DNA from: Podarcis pityusensis
Taxonomy: Eukaryota
Direction: 5' to 3' (one strand)
Length of the DNA: 64,000 nucleotides
Assembly: GCA_964106645.2 (NCBI GenBank)
Contig: OZ067041.1
How positions within the stretch are numbered: position 1 is the first letter of the stretch; each line of letters begins with the position of its first letter. Positions 25,436-39,044 of this stretch are shown piece after piece. The position numbers and the translations under genes are program-made. Below the pieces are notes generated by a model. That model was not told where the DNA came from. It made no database searches and saw nothing but the letters and a program-made list of their open reading frames with translations.

Positions 25436-25570
25436 GCTACAGACATTTGTGATCCAAATCCAATCACAATGCTTATGCTTTGTGTCTATTTATATGAGTG
25501 GCTTCCCCAGTATTTACCTAAGAAATCTGTCGAGTTTGCTGGTCCACTTCATGCTACTGTTGTTAGAAAG
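25436..25570 (+). CDS. CFAP47: CFAP47 exon 14 (end of CH domain): ATDICDPNPITMLMLCVYLYEWLPQYLPKKSVEFAGPLHATVVRK
   Basis: tttttaaaattAG acceptor; AAG|GTACTA donor; phase 0/0. Confidence 0.92.
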
Positions 25571-26477
25571 GTACTAACTGTTTTTTTCTACTTTTAAGTG
25601 ACTCCTTAAGGAAATTGCGTTGTGGGTTCCTTGCGCTGGGAGGAAACAAAACTTTAATCCCTGGCTTAGTATTATGTTTGAACTAGGGATTGTGGTTTGT
25701 TATGCTCCCCAAAATTCAGGCTCTGTATACATGGTTTGTTCTTGGTTTACTGATTAATCTCTGGGATTGTTGTTTCTTCCTCTGTGCATGAGCAGAGAGG
25801 AGCAAAACAGATGCGAAGGGCATGATCATGGCAAACCATTAGCTATGGTTTACCATGATATGTGAACAAGACCTTAATAGATGCACTATGTAAATGCTAC
25901 TGATTATGTGTTGCATATATTTCCACAATATTTCAGTGCTGGGGAAAGGCAATCTTTTCCCCATGTAGCAGGACAATTGCTACTTGGAGTGGCTTTCTGG
26001 AACACGGCAGCTCAGACATCACAGCCATCCGTTAGTGTTATCACTGGGAATAAGGAGCACTGTACTTCCCAGTGTATGTGCTACATTGTACTGACAACAG
26101 AGTATTGTGCAAAATAAACAGAGATCTCGCATGGTTTTTGCCTGAACCTTCCTGGGCTCTTAAGATCGGTTTCAGAGGTCCTGCTCTGGGCTGACACGAA
26201 AAGTCAATCAAGACGGTGTTTACCAGGAGCAAGCCTAGTGGCCTTTAAACAGAATCTAAATACTTTTTCCTCACACTCTCAAGCTTTTTACTGATTTTAT
26301 TGCTACATGAATAACACATCCCTACCTGGCATTATTTTATTACACTATTGGTTCACAATACCACTCTTTGTGGTGTTGTGTTTAGGAACATTCTAGAATA
26401 AACTATCTGGTGAGAGCTTTCAGAAAAGGTGGGGTAGAAATAAAATAAAATGTTATTTGTTTATTTATTTGCAACAG

Positions 26478-26590
26478 ATACAGTTAAAAAACCCAAGTAT
26501 CAAGCCTTTGGTTTACACTGCAACAATTTTAGGAAGAGAATGTGCTGATTTTTCATTACCTAAAGGAAATATGGTCACCATTTCCCCAAA
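26478..26590 (+). CDS. CFAP47: CFAP47 exon 15: IQLKNPSIKPLVYTATILGRECADFSLPKGNMVTISP
   Basis: tttgcaacAG acceptor; AA|GTAAGT donor; phase 0/2. Confidence 0.92.
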
Positions 26591-28601
26591 GTAAGTAGCC
26601 TTCCATTTTGTTTTACTGAACGAGATAGTCTCTATTCCTTCTTTATCTTTTGTAGGATATTTTGCAGAACAGCAGGTGTCTGAATGAGACATAATGTTCC
26701 CAGTCTTCAAATCACAGTGTATATTAGAAGGATACTATGGGCTTGTATACTCCCTTTTCACTTTCTGGCTTTCCCTTTCAGGTATGAGAGGAGGGAGTGT
26801 GTGAGCCCATGATGTATTATGTCTGAATTGGATCAGGGGTAAAGCAGCAAATACTATGTAAAAGCTTTTCCTCGATGCTTGATCTCTAAATGAATTCAAA
26901 TAAGGAGCTCTTCCTCTGCAAATTGCCATTTTACGTTTCTTGCAAATAGTTCAATAGGTTGAGCAACACAGATCATCCCCTGCTGCACTTCGTATTAATC
27001 AGAATTGCTTCAAAACAAAGTGATGGTACAAAATTAACTTGCAATGGAGAAAAATGTCTGAAACGTTAAGATTTCTATAATTCAGCTCCTGTTGCTCTTT
27101 ATTAACTTATAGCTATCTTTATTTTATTTTTAAGTTAAGTTAGGTGCATATGTGTGAGACAATTTTAGGGCTCTGGTGATGGGGAAAATAAAGCTGGAGA
27201 GGAGGAGGAATTGGAGAGGGTTCAGATGGAAGTGGATGCAGCTAAAGGGGGCATTTGCAGTGTTGTGGAGGAGCAAGAGGGGGCAAGAGGCCTCCCTTCT
27301 TAAACTTATATTCCTTAGTACATCCCATAATAGAAACAAAGGATGAGTAGCCCTCAAATGTTCTATAGTACCTTCACACAATGTATTTGACACCTGGTAC
27401 CATGGGTTGTCTTCAACATGAAGTTGAAGACTTCATGTTGAGCTACATGAAGTCTACAACTCCTACAACTCCTTCTCATTAATTTAATCAATCTGAGGTA
27501 ATCTTTCAAGTCGGGAGAAATAAGAATATAAGATGTTGTGTAAGTAAGCTTACAGATAAGTAAGCTGTATTTTATTTTCCTTTCCCCGTCTGCTTTGTAA
27601 AATTCTATAAAAACAATAAAAATCTTTATTTTCTAACTGTATGGAATTTTGCCGACTCTAGTGCATCCTGCTTTTTGACATTTTAACACAGTAGGTTATT
27701 TTTAGTCAATAAAAATAATTCCATGTAAGCTACTTGCTTAAATCTCTCGTTTTTAAATGTTGGCAAAATTGAGAGTTTAAGGAGTCGGTGACATAACCTC
27801 CTAAACAGCACTTTGTCAATACATTTAGCTATGTTTTCTCCAGAGTTAATACAGCATGAAGTTAGAACAATAACTTGAAAAGATGTTTGTTTTCTAAAAT
27901 CAGCTGTTCATGATTATCAGCTAAGGTCTGGGTGAACTGTATAAAATATTTAAAATAAGTACTTTAAAAGAATGAAGAAAATAATAGAAACTGAGCTTTG
28001 TAGATAGACTGATTGTATCCTACACTTGTCTCCTACAGCTCAGCTTGCATAGGTGCCATGGCAACTAGGGACACATCCCTTGGACCCCCACATAGTCCCA
28101 CCACATTTTATATATTGTGGGTGGCTGAGCACACTGCAAAGCGATTTGACAGTGGGGCTTCCATTGCTTTGTGTCTTAATTTTCCCAACATGTCTCTGGG
28201 ACCCATGTAATACGAGATACAGAAAAAGAACTATGGAACATCTGGTGAAAATAAATTAAATACTAATTTGAACAGAATGCAATGAATTTGGTATATATTT
28301 TATCCAGAAATTTATAAATAATTTAAAAATTATTTTGGGTTTAATTTTAATGGCATACACAAATCTTTCTGTGCCAGTTTTAGTCAGTGGTGTTCTATTC
28401 ATATTTTTTTTTACTATTCAGGATTCTTGTTCTAGGGCTTGTAAGGCTTATTTCCCCCCATGCTATTCTGTTGTCAAATATTTATTCAATACATACTTTT
28501 ACTAGATTTGAAATATCTATTTTTACCATTTTGTGATTTATTCCGGGAAAGACTTTGCCATAATGCCATTGCAAAATATATTTCTGTATTTCCTGACTTA
28601 G

Positions 28602-28752
28602 GAGCCAAACAACCATAAATGTGGAGTTTACTAGTCGCTTCCTGCATCCTGCTGAAGCTGTGCTGTTACTTATTACAAAAGCTTTAACTGGAGTGGTTGG
28701 TGCTACTATGGCTTTCTCCTTGAAGACAAAGATAAGTCGTATTAAACTTGCT
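28602..28752 (+). CDS. CFAP47: CFAP47 exon 16: SQTTINVEFTSRFLHPAEAVLLLI...FSLKTKISRIKLA
   Basis: tttcctgacttAG acceptor; GCT|GTAGGT donor; phase 2/0. Confidence 0.9.
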
Positions 28753-28952
28753 GTAGGTACCATGTGCTTAATGGGTAAACTTGATAAAATCTGTAGTCCG
28801 TTAGAATCAAGTTTTCATGTGTATTATAGAATAATAGGTCATATTTATTGTTTGTTCCAGATAGCAAACACCCTAAGATATTATATAGTGAGTCCATGTT
28901 TAAAGATCTCTCTATTATTGAAGATGCTGAAATATCTCTTGCATTATTAAAA

Positions 28953-29369
28953 CAGGGCTGAGGAACCAGTGGTCCGTGGTTCAGATGTTTCAGTGGAGCA
29001 TCTCAATGCACCATGTGCCATCACCTTTTTGCCCAGACTCCCATTTAACAGGCTTGAAAAAAGCCCAATTGCTGTGAGAGGTGTATTTTTTGAGGAGGAG
29101 GGATCACAGCTGGGAAGGGAAGAGCTAACACTCCCTGGGCCCTGTGGTACCCAGCCAAAAATAGTGCCCCACACCACAAAATGTTAACATGCTTGTTTGA
29201 AGTCTAATTGCTGGAGGCTGGAGAGCAGCAAGTGTGTGTGTGTGTGTGTGTGTGTGTCCCAATTTTGGCCCTGCCTGCTTTAGTCCTGCTCACCACTGCC
29301 TTGCAGCCCTCAGAATATTAACCATGAGGGAATGTGTCCCTCAGGCTGAAAAAAGTTTCCTCGCTGTTG
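28953..29369. mobile_element. Old hAT (Charlie-like) MITE containing (GT)n
   Basis: Ends CAGGGCTGAGGAACC / GTTTCCTCGCTGTTG; TSD not evident. Confidence 0.45.
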
Positions 29370-29377
29370 GCAGTTCC

Positions 29378-29794
29378 CAGGGGCGTCTTATCCATAGAGG
29401 CTAGTGGTGCAGGGTGCCAAGTTCTGGAGGGCGCCAGGGAAGAGGCGGAGGCTGGACGCAGTGCCTCCTGGCATCAGCTCGCTGCCCTCGGCTGCCTCCG
29501 CCATGCCGCGCCGAAGCAGCACCACGACGCACCCAGAGCCACTGTCTGCCGTGGCCACCGCGGCACGAAGCAACGAACTGAGCCAGGAGCTGCCGCATCC
29601 AGCCTCTGCCTCTTCCCCGCTGGAGGAGCTGCCCTCCAGCTGCTGCCCGCCTCCTCCAGCCCTGCAAAGCTGGGTGCGTTGCCGGCGGCGCCGTCCTCCC
29701 TAAAAAAGATCAGCAACTCTGGGAAACGGGGGCGGGGGGCGGAAAGCGGAGGGATCTTTACACCACGGCACTGGATATGCGTAAGATGGCCCTG
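29378..29794. mobile_element. Non-autonomous hAT element, 417 bp, GC/CpG-rich
   Basis: TIRs CAGGGGCGTCTTATCCATA / TATGCGTAAGATGGCCCTG; 8-bp TSD gCAGTTCC/cCAGTTCC (7/8). Confidence 0.82.
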
Positions 29795-30932
29795 CCAGTT
29801 CCGCTCATGTGTGAACATGTATTTTACACGGGTAGTCACAGGAAGTGCTGATTTGGGGAATTAGCAATGCTCTTCTTTTGATTCTTGCCAGAGACAGTTG
29901 TGCACAAAGCAAATTGCATTGGCTTTGAATACCTTTCTTACTTTGAGGGATTTCAGACTGACCAGTAAGGAGACCATATTAGTATGGTTGCTCTGGAGAG
30001 TTAGCAATAACTAAACTGTTGTTGCTGTTGTAATAATATTTATTTATGAAAGAAATATGGTTGAAATGTAAGAAATGCAAGTATAAAATGCTTTAGAAGC
30101 AACAAACTGGCACTGAAATGCCACCAGAGAAACATACAGAAGAGAAAGGGCTAAGAATCCATTGCACAGGATAACCCAGCCACAAGTTGCCTGGAGCACA
30201 CATTTAGTTACTGTTGCAAAGAAGGGAGAGACCAGAAGGTAGAAAGTTGCTTTATATGGAGTTTGGAGTTAAGAGACATAGAGACTTAGCTTTGCTATGG
30301 GAAGAGTGAAAGAATCACGAAGGGTGAAAGGTTACATACAAAGTCATCCTTTCCCCCGTCTTGTGAGAATCAGAGGCAGGCAAGGAAATGGAATTAAGGA
30401 AAATAGGAAGAGGTAAGAGAATTGAGACTCTAATGTTTACCTTTCTTGTGGTAGACAGAAATCGAAGATGGAAAATGCTTGGCTTTTTTGCTGTAACCTA
30501 GAGGTGTGCTTCCAGGAATTGGCAGGCAGCACCATCAGAGAGAAGGGGTTATTTAGTAAACGGTCTGTGCACAATAGCTGAAATAGTTGGTTATCAGAAA
30601 CACAAAATGAAACTGGCTCTCCACAACCACTGGCTCATGTGTTCCTTGTAAAGCCACCATTTTCTATTAAAAATAGAGTAATTCTTTGGAAGACAGCAGC
30701 AGATGCCCTCCTGCAGAGAGCTCCTGGCTAGTCCAGAGGGAATGAGGGAAGTTAGATGTAAGGCTAAAAGTAAAAAGAGAAGAGAAGGGTCAACTCCCAC
30801 TGGGTGTGCCAACTCTAGGGAGCCGGCGTTTCTTTGCCCCCCTCAGTATTTGTTGGAAAGGGGCTGTTTCTATGAATATTTTATTGACAGAACTTTACTC
30901 TTTTCGAAGTGTACATTGCACTGCCATTAACC

Positions 30933-30974
<42 letters not shown>

Positions 30975-30988
30975 TGAGAGAGAGAGAG
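30933..30988. repeat. Compound (TG)n(AG)n microsatellite
   Basis: Seen directly. Confidence 0.95.
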
Positions 30989-31075
30989 AAAGAACAAAAG
31001 GATCTGATTATTTAAAAATATAATTAACTCTGAATTGTGAGCTATAAGACTAATGCCTTTTTCATTTACTTACAG

Positions 31076-31164
31076 GGTGTATTAAAATGCAAATCTCCAT
31101 GTTATGAGCTAAACGAATTAAATCTGCAGGTTATTAGTCCTTTCAAAATGGATGGGCCATTCAG
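31076..31164 (+). CDS. CFAP47: CFAP47 exon 17: GVLKCKSPCYELNELNLQVISPFKMDGPF
   Basis: tttcatttacttacAG acceptor; AG|GTATCA donor; phase 0/2. Confidence 0.9.
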
Positions 31165-31499
31165 GTATCACATTAGATTGAAATGGTTTGGTTTCTAGGC
31201 AGTTCTGTATATTCTTTCCATAATTTTCTGTTCTTGCTTTAGACATTAAAAACCAGTAAATGTCAGCATTTACCAGGACACATATAAAATGCTCTGAATT
31301 ATAAAGAAATGAATGGTTTTCCAGGCATATATTATTAAATTTATCTGTGTTAAATTTTGTAGTTGTTTTAAAGGATTTTGTATCTGAAATATGCAATAAT
31401 CTGATGACACATTAGCTTTGACTTTTTCTCCCCAAAATGATGCTTTTGGCCATAGGCATTCAACTTTTCTGGCTACAGAGTTTTATGTCATTTTATTTG

Positions 31500-32030
31500 T
31501 CTTTAAAAGGTTGGCTAGAGGCTGTACTCACCCTGGAAAAGACATTTTCAGATTTAAGAGTTTTAAAACAGCATTATAAAATACAAATTAATAAAAACAA
31601 ACTAGTTAAAAACAATAGTTAAAATACAATAAAGCATTTAAAACCACCATTAAAAGGCTGATTGGTCAACATCATCTGCACCTAGCATTCCACTGCCTGT
31701 CTGAATACAGAGGTCTTAGCCTGCCAGTGGAAAGATAGTATGGAGGGAGCTACTCCAACCTTTCTTAGGAGGGAATTCCACAATATGGGAGCAGCCACAG
31801 AAAAGGCTGAAAGTTATCCAGAACTTTGGGACACCTGGAAGTTTTTGTTTTTATAAAGAAGACATTTCACCACTGCTTCTTTTAGACATGGTGGGACTCT
31901 GCCTTGATGTAAAGAAGCATTCATCACTCCCATTACCCACTCCACCAATCCCCCAACAGCTGCTTTTATAAGCTGGGAGGGGCAGGGGTCAAGGGCACCT
32001 TGGGTAGGCCTCATCTCTCCAAGGATTCTG
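31500..32030 (-). mobile_element. L2 LINE fragments (3' end plus RT N-terminal piece)
   Basis: ORF 31814-32014 LDPCPSQLIK...NASLHQGRVPPCLKEAVV is L2/CR1-clade RT domain 0; adjacent L2 3' end. Confidence 0.75.
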
Positions 32031-32222
32031 TTGTCTAGGTAAAAAGTACATGAAAAAAGTTTAGGTTTGGTTATTAAAGTATTTTTGCTAGTACAGAGAC
32101 TTTGGGATGGGTAGGTCAGAGTTCTTAAAATCTAAGTATTGCTGTATTCCTATTTTTGCAAGTTGTTTGTTTTATTACCTTGAGATATTGTAGGCTTTTT
32201 GCTAAACTGGAAATATTTTTAG

Positions 32223-32309
32223 TGTCATTTTAGTTGAATCAACCAGTTGCATCACTGAGCCTGAGAACTTAGATCAACTCAGCCATATTAAACAAGGTAA
32301 AACGAAAAG
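32223..32309 (+). CDS. CFAP47: CFAP47 exon 18: VILVESTSCITEPENLDQLSHIKQGKTK
   Basis: tatttttAG acceptor; AG|GTAAGT donor after 32309 (phase 2); a second donor G|GTAAAA after 32296. Confidence 0.85.
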
Positions 32310-34799
32310 GTAAGTTTTCAAACTTATTAACTCGCAGCTCAGTGAGAGATAATACAGTATAATTCTGTCATATCTTTTTATACTTCCTTAGTAGGTTATT
32401 ACACTATGGTAGTTATAGTAGCAGTTTAAATGAAGGAATTCTGCAAGAGTATAATTATACCGAGGAATGGTACAGGTGTGCGTGCATATGCACTGTGTTT
32501 CTTACACCCCCATTCTGGTTTAATGGGTGAGAGGAAGGACCAAGCTCACTCTTTTTAAAGCAGCAGATGTTCCTTGTGTATATTGGTCATTATAGAAATA
32601 ATGAAGCTTGCTAGGTGAATCCTGCCCATCAGCAGAAGCCCTGTGCAAGGGGTTCCACTTGCACAGTGTTGTTTTCCCCCTCTCTCCCTCCCCGTTTAAT
32701 TGGCCTGGGGGGTCAATAGACCCCACAGAACAGCATGTAGGCAAGGAGGAAGGGGATCATTCTGTCTAGCAGGTTGATTTGCTTGCACAGGCAGAACCTT
32801 TCTGCTAGCACAACGTGAACTCTATCCAGATGCTTAGAAAAGTCGAGGTGACTATAACTCAACAGCTCCTGTGTGAAGATCCTGTGTGAGCTACCTTGCT
32901 GAGGACAAAAGCATGACCTGATCATAGGCCCTTACCTGAGCCCTGCCCTGAAGGTATCTAGGAAGACTTCCCGTTTCTAACCCAACAGTTCCTATTGGGT
33001 GAGACTAGGCATTCAATATCCAGCCTCACAGAATGCACATCCTGGAGGGGCTGCCTTCAGAACACGCCCACCACCTCCAAAGGTGTCTAAGGGTGCTCAG
33101 CTGTTGATCTTGCCGCCTTTCCATCTCCTGCACCTACCTGCCAAAATGTGAACAAATTAACCTACTAAGCCACACCCACCACCTGTGCCTTTACCCACTA
33201 TGCCATGCAGCACAGAGTAGGTGATGAAACTAGCCTGCAGGAGTGGACATGGGAAAAAATCCTACTGTAGTGACTGGCACCAAGATCAATCTTGCACCCT
33301 AGGATGGGCCAGCCGGTTGCCAGAAATCAAAGGGAGGCAGTGCATGTGTTCTTCCTCTTCCTCAACCAATCACAGAAATGCTCTCCATCGATAGCTTTGC
33401 ACCAGCGGTTTCTGTGAATGGGGTTTACATTGACATCTTCTCATCTATATTTACTGAAATTCTGTGGTTGAAAAAATCTTATATATGCACCGAACTTTCA
33501 CTTTGTACCTGATTACGGATGGAATGTTTCAGTATTATTAACTCCTGTTATATGTGGTATAGCCATCCTTTCCACAATGGTAACTTTCCATGTGTGAGGT
33601 GAAAAGAAACTATCACACTGTACTCAGTAAATATATTTACCTCACTGTATTCCTATAAGAGGTTTCTGAAAACTGTTTGAAATAGGTGGAAGCTAAGAAA
33701 TTCTAGTCCATTGAAAGAGCGCTACAAGCGTGACTGCTTTTAAGATCCTCCTAGAATTGGGGGCAGGAGGAAACGCAAATTGAGAATCCCTGCTATAACC
33801 TAAGTTCCTTGGTGTGGTTTACCAATATATGAAAGTCTTCTCTTTGAAGGCAATTCATTAAAATATATGCTGCTGCTTCTTTATAGCCTTTATAACTGAT
33901 GAAGCTCACATTAACCCTAACATTGCTAATTTCATTATTTGGCTGCAAGGTTTAATTATGGAGAATGTAATCCTGTTCCACAGAGTTAGATAATAGCAAG
34001 AAATTAGTGTGACATGTATGTTCTGCAGCTGATTACTGTCTTGAATAACATACTTACAAAATGACATTAATAGGCCTAAATAACTAAGGTCCAGAATTTC
34101 AGTGGGCCTATTCTGAGTAGAATATAGTTTTCTCTTTGCTGTATAATTGCCTTATCAGTTGTGATGGCTTCTAGATTGACTGATTCAGACAGTGAAATAT
34201 CAATATTTGTCTCTCAATCCTACTGTGATCGACTGTAGCCAGGAACCAAAGTACAGTATCATGAAATAGGTTTTGTGAAGCCAATAGGCCTTTAGAGTCA
34301 TTTTTGTGTGTGTGAGCAGCCATTACCCATACTTTTCTTTTTTTATTTTTATGCATGAATGATTAGGTATGATACAGAAACATAAATGCAGCACTGTCAT
34401 TTTTGTATCACTACTCAACCTTTGGTATGGCAGAAAGTCAAAAGCATACTTTAGATACCTTTTTTCAGTTCTGGAACCCATCTTTAGTTCCCAAATGCAT
34501 TTGGGGATCCAATTTATTATATTTTACCATATGCCTGTATGGTGGCAGTACAGCTGTTAGACTGCAAGCTGGTTCCTGATTCACCAGTTGAAGCTGTAGT
34601 CCACTGCTGCTTTAGATACTTATAATATTACCTTACCTGTGATCAGTGTGGAATAATATCGGTTTTAATACTATATAAGATAAAAGATGGAGATTTTACT
34701 CAGTTATCAAAAGATCAGAATCCACAGCATAACAAATAAAAAGGGCAATAGGCTATGAACAAGATACAGGATATCAAACACAGGAGTTTCGAGGTTTCA

Positions 34800-36560
34800 C
34801 TATGACATTTGTGTTATATTCTTTTGTTTACATGGATATCAGGAGGCAAGCCAGTCATAGAGAGACAGTATACCTTTTCACATGCAAAGAAAGTGTACTG
34901 AAAATGAAAATAAGTATAAGAGAAATAGCTGCCATAAAGGAATATAAAACTGCCCTAAGGCTTCTGTCCTAAGCCACTTGCTGATCAATTAGACATTTTC
35001 AGCTGTGTTTAGGATTGAACCAAGTAAGATCCTTCAGTGACACATGGCTAACCATGAGGTAGTAAGTCATAATCTCAGGGGAACAATTTGAATTTACAAT
35101 TACAAATTAAAATAAGCCAGTTAACTATATAGAATTGTAATTGAAAGAGCTTAGAGTAACTGAATAGATTGTTGGCTTAGGGGATTCCTTTGAGACACCA
35201 AATAGATTTAGGAATTGCAGCTGAGGACACCTTTTCAAATTCAAGGTTACTCCATTATAATAGTTAATGAAATAGAAATTCTTAGATTTTGTGTCCTAAA
35301 TTAGACATTCAGGTAAATTACTGGGATTAAGACAATTTGCTGGAGGAATTAAAGATCAGCTATCAAGATCAATTACCTCATATTTGTTATACACATGTGA
35401 TGCTATATTCTTTGCAAGAACATTTAGTGTAACTATTTAGAAAGTTATTTCAGTGAAGGAAACATAAGGGGCCAGATTAAAGAGTCTTAATGAACTAGGT
35501 AGAAGATTGGTAGCACATATTCACTGAATGTAACATGGCAGTGGCATTAAAATACTGAATACAGTGATCCAGGTGAAGCATTGGACCTGGTCTGAGTTGT
35601 GTAAAATCAAAAGAGTATTGTGTAAGTGAGTGGAGTCTTCATACCATTTTAGATTAGGTATTGCTATACCTCTTCTTTCTTGTCCCTATAAAGTGTTCGT
35701 TGAGGTAGCTGAGGTCTCTTCTTTTTATGAACAAAATTTAATAGAATTTTGGCTGATTATTAAATGAGAGATGGGTATGCTTATTGGTAAGACTTGGAAT
35801 AAGTAAATATGGTTAGCTTTGACCAGTTTTTGAGCTTAGTTGTTAAATGTTTTATCAAGGGAGTAAAGTTCAGATAGAGTTCAGATAGGTATTTCTGGCC
35901 AGTTGTTTTGTGTCAGTTCAGTTGTAGGTTTGGTGGGGTGTGTATACACATCAACTCAGATTTGGTGAAGTTAACAGTGAACCCAGATATCTTGCCACAG
36001 ATAGCAAGTTGATGCATAATAGCAGGTAAAGAGGCTTTAGGATCAGAAAGGAATAGTGCAACATCATATGTGAACATATTGATAAGATGGATTTTTCCAG
36101 ATAATTCAAAACCTTTTAGATCCTCATCTGCTTTCAATGCCAAAGCTAAGGGTTCTTGTGGGCAGGGCAAGGTACGGTGCTGTCCTGCTTCATGCCCTGG
36201 CCAATGGGAAATATTTAAGAGTGTTCCCCATTCACCAAAACGTGGGCCAGTAACCTATAGCATAAATCTGAGAGCATATCAACCCAGGATGCACAAATAC
36301 CAAAGGAACCTCGAATTTTAAAGAGAGACTGTCAGTTTAAACAATCCAATGCCTTGACTTCATCCAGCATCCCAAGAACAAGAGGTTCTGGACGTGATTG
36401 ACCCTTAAAAATGTATTGAGAATCTTTCTAATAGACTATGAATCCGACTTGGTCATGGTGGACATAGTTGGGTAAATTTCTTTAAAAGGCAATTGGTCAG
36501 TATCCCTGTAAATTAGCATTCATATTAATCAATGAAATAGGTCTATATGATTCAGCTTGT
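34800..36560 (-). mobile_element. Degraded L1/Tx1-clade LINE ORF2 fragment
   Basis: Minus-strand YRPISLIN (about 36525-36548) and EPLALAL...INMFTYDVALFLSDP...GKISGFTVNFTKSE (decayed YADD region); left boundary approximate. Confidence 0.75.
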
Positions 36561-36660
36561 TAAGGTTTGGGTATAACTGTGATAACCGAGGCACATCAAG
36601 ATTCAGGAATTTGACCTCTTTTCTTTATGTCAAGAAACAGTTTGTTTTTCATTTTTTTAG

Positions 36661-36743
36661 CTCCGAAACTGACATACTGAATAAAAGACATGATGTGATA
36701 GGTGTAACAAAATTCTGCAGTCAAGAGGACAGATCAAATGCTG
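36661..36743 (+). CDS. CFAP47: CFAP47 exon 19: SETDILNKRHDVIGVTKFCSQEDRSNA
   Basis: Strong tttgtttttcatttttttAG acceptor; G|GTAAGC donor; phase 2/1 exactly bridges exons 18 and 20. Confidence 0.78.
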
Positions 36744-36930
36744 GTAAGCTCTATTTTTAATCATGTTTCTTATTGGTTTCACAGTTTAATTTGTTAAACT
36801 ACATATAACATTTTTCCGATTACTTGGAAAAAAACCCCTACTATATTTATAAATATTGATTTTTTGGGGGGGAGGCTTATAGTGCTCAAATGTATTTTAC
36901 CTTCCCCAAAGAGTAACAGTGTAATTCTGT

Positions 36931-37354
36931 ATAATAATAATAATAATAATAATAATAATTTATTATTTATACCCCGCCCATCTGGCTGGGTTTCCCCAGC
37001 CACTCTGGGCGGCTTCCAAAAGAATATTAAAATACTATGTTACATCAAACATTAAAAGCTTCCCTAAACAGGGCTGCCTTCAGATGTCTTCTAAAAGTCT
37101 GGTAGTTGTTGTTCTCTTTGACATCTGGTGGGAGGGCGTTCCACAGGGAGGGCGCCACTACCGAGAAGGCCCTCTGCCTGGTTCCCTGTAACTTGGCTTC
37201 TCGCAGTGAGGGAACCGCCAGAAGGCCCTCGGTGCTGGACCTCAGTGTCCGGGTAGAACGATGGAGGTGGAGACGCTCCTTCAGGTATACTGGACCGAGG
37301 CCGTTTAGGGCTTTAAAGGTCAGCACCAACACTTTGAATTGTGCTCGGAAACGT
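36931..37354 (-). mobile_element. Young 5'-truncated L2 LINE with (TTA)n tail
   Basis: Open frame LVLTFKALNGLGPVYLKERL...RAFSVVAPSLWNALP...FRRHLKAALFREAF, then 3'UTR and (AAT)n at 36931-36958. Confidence 0.9.
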
Positions 37355-38565
37355 ATAAGTCTTTTGAGAAGTAAGACTCACAGAATTAAATGAGTTTTAC
37401 CCCAGGTAAGTGAGATTGCACCCTAAGGCACTTCTGGCTTGAAGTTGCAGTGCACTGGTGTGGAGAGCAGGTGTGGGGTGGGGGGGCAGGAAAAGGAAAG
37501 GAGAGGTGGGTTTAAAAGTCCTGCAAGTGCATCCTTTGATCATATTAAATCTATCTGCCAGGTCTTAGATCCACTTAAAATATTTTCTAATGGAGCCTTT
37601 TCTTTGTGTATCTTTTTGATGGGGTTTCAGCTGAGCACTGAAACAATCATTTAACAAATAATTCTGAGGACCTGCCTTTGCCTATCAGGTTATGGGTTTA
37701 TTATTGTTGGCCCTATTTCTCAGTGATGTATTGGGCAGCTGAGCTCCTGAAAGATCAGTGATTAAATTATCTTATTTAAATAACTGTTAGTTCCTTGCAG
37801 CTTTTGAAAGAGGGAATATTTCATTTGTTTTACTGTTTTGTTTTGACATATATTAGATATACCGTATGTTTTGACTTAAGACTTTATTTCAAAAAGGAAA
37901 AACAATATTTCCTAAAATATATACAGATTCAGAGTGAAAACATAGCCTTGCTCCCAACGTTGATGATTAAGAAAGAACTGCCCTCTCCCTTTCTGCCCTT
38001 ACTGGTATAAAACAAGAGGACTCAGGAAGCAGCAGTGGATCTGCCACTCAGCTTCTCTCTAGATAGAATTGCTCTGCCTGCTGTTATCTTTATGAAGGAA
38101 AGATTGTTGTCCAGGTTTAAAAAAAAGCTACTTATTTAACAAAAAAAGTTGCTCTGTCTTGAATTCGTATGTATTTGTTTTTAAGTGCATATAACAGTAT
38201 AACATATTCTACTATAATGCATAGTATGTAAAATGGTTTTTTACAATATATAGTATATAACATAGATCACAATGGAGAGAACCTCTTATATTAAGGGATT
38301 TGTGCGCATTCAGTGGGATGTTAAAGAAAAAAAGCTTTAACTCTGGAAGAGTATTCACCATCCCTGCCTCTTCTTTTGAACTAACTTTAAGTAGAGGTAG
38401 ATGTCAGAGAATTCTGATGAAAAAGGAAGCAGAAATTGCTACAGGAAAATAAATCAGTCAAGTGAATATAATCAGCAAATGATACATTCATTTCAATGTA
38501 AATATCAAAAATAGGCAAAAAATTCATTTAATTTAAGTTACATAATTAGTTACATAATCTATGTA

Positions 38566-38929
38566 AAGGTAAAGGTAAAGGACCCCTGACACTTAAGTCC
38601 AGTCATGAACGACTCTGGGGTTGCGGCGCTCATCTTGCTTTATTGGCTGAGGGAGCCGACATTTGTCTGCAGACAGGTTTTCCGGGTCATGTGGCCAGGA
38701 TGACTAAGCCGCTTCTGGCGAAAGCAGAGCAACACACAGAAACGCTGTTTACCCTCCTGCCAGAGCGGTACCTATTTATCTACTTGCACTTTGAAATGCT
38801 TTCAAACTGCTAGGTTGGCAGGAGCTGGGACTGAGCAACAGGAGCTCACCCCGTTGCGGGGATTCGAACTGCCAACCTTCTGATCGGCAAGCCCTAGGCT
38901 CAGTGGTTTAGACCACAGCGCCACCTGCA
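38566..38929 (-). mobile_element. Full-length Sauria SINE
   Basis: Reverse complement of the 20912 family; 15-bp TSD TACATAATCTATGTA (38551-38565/38930-38944). Confidence 0.92.
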
Positions 38930-39044
38930 TACATAATCTATGTAGCTTACATTAAAAAGCAGACATTGGGATAGTATTTGGTAGAAATCAAACTGCAGCA
39001 GAACAGAAATAGCACTGATGTGTGGCTGCGAGCAGTTAAGGGCT

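Noticed and set aside
29334-29864. 176-aa ORF and NLS-like KRRRL peptides
   Set aside because: GC-rich transposon interior; the peptides come from an inverted repeat.
31165-31175. U12-type intron (donor starting GTATC)
   Set aside because: Reads GTATCACA, not the GTATCCTT consensus; no AT-AC introns were needed in the exon chain.
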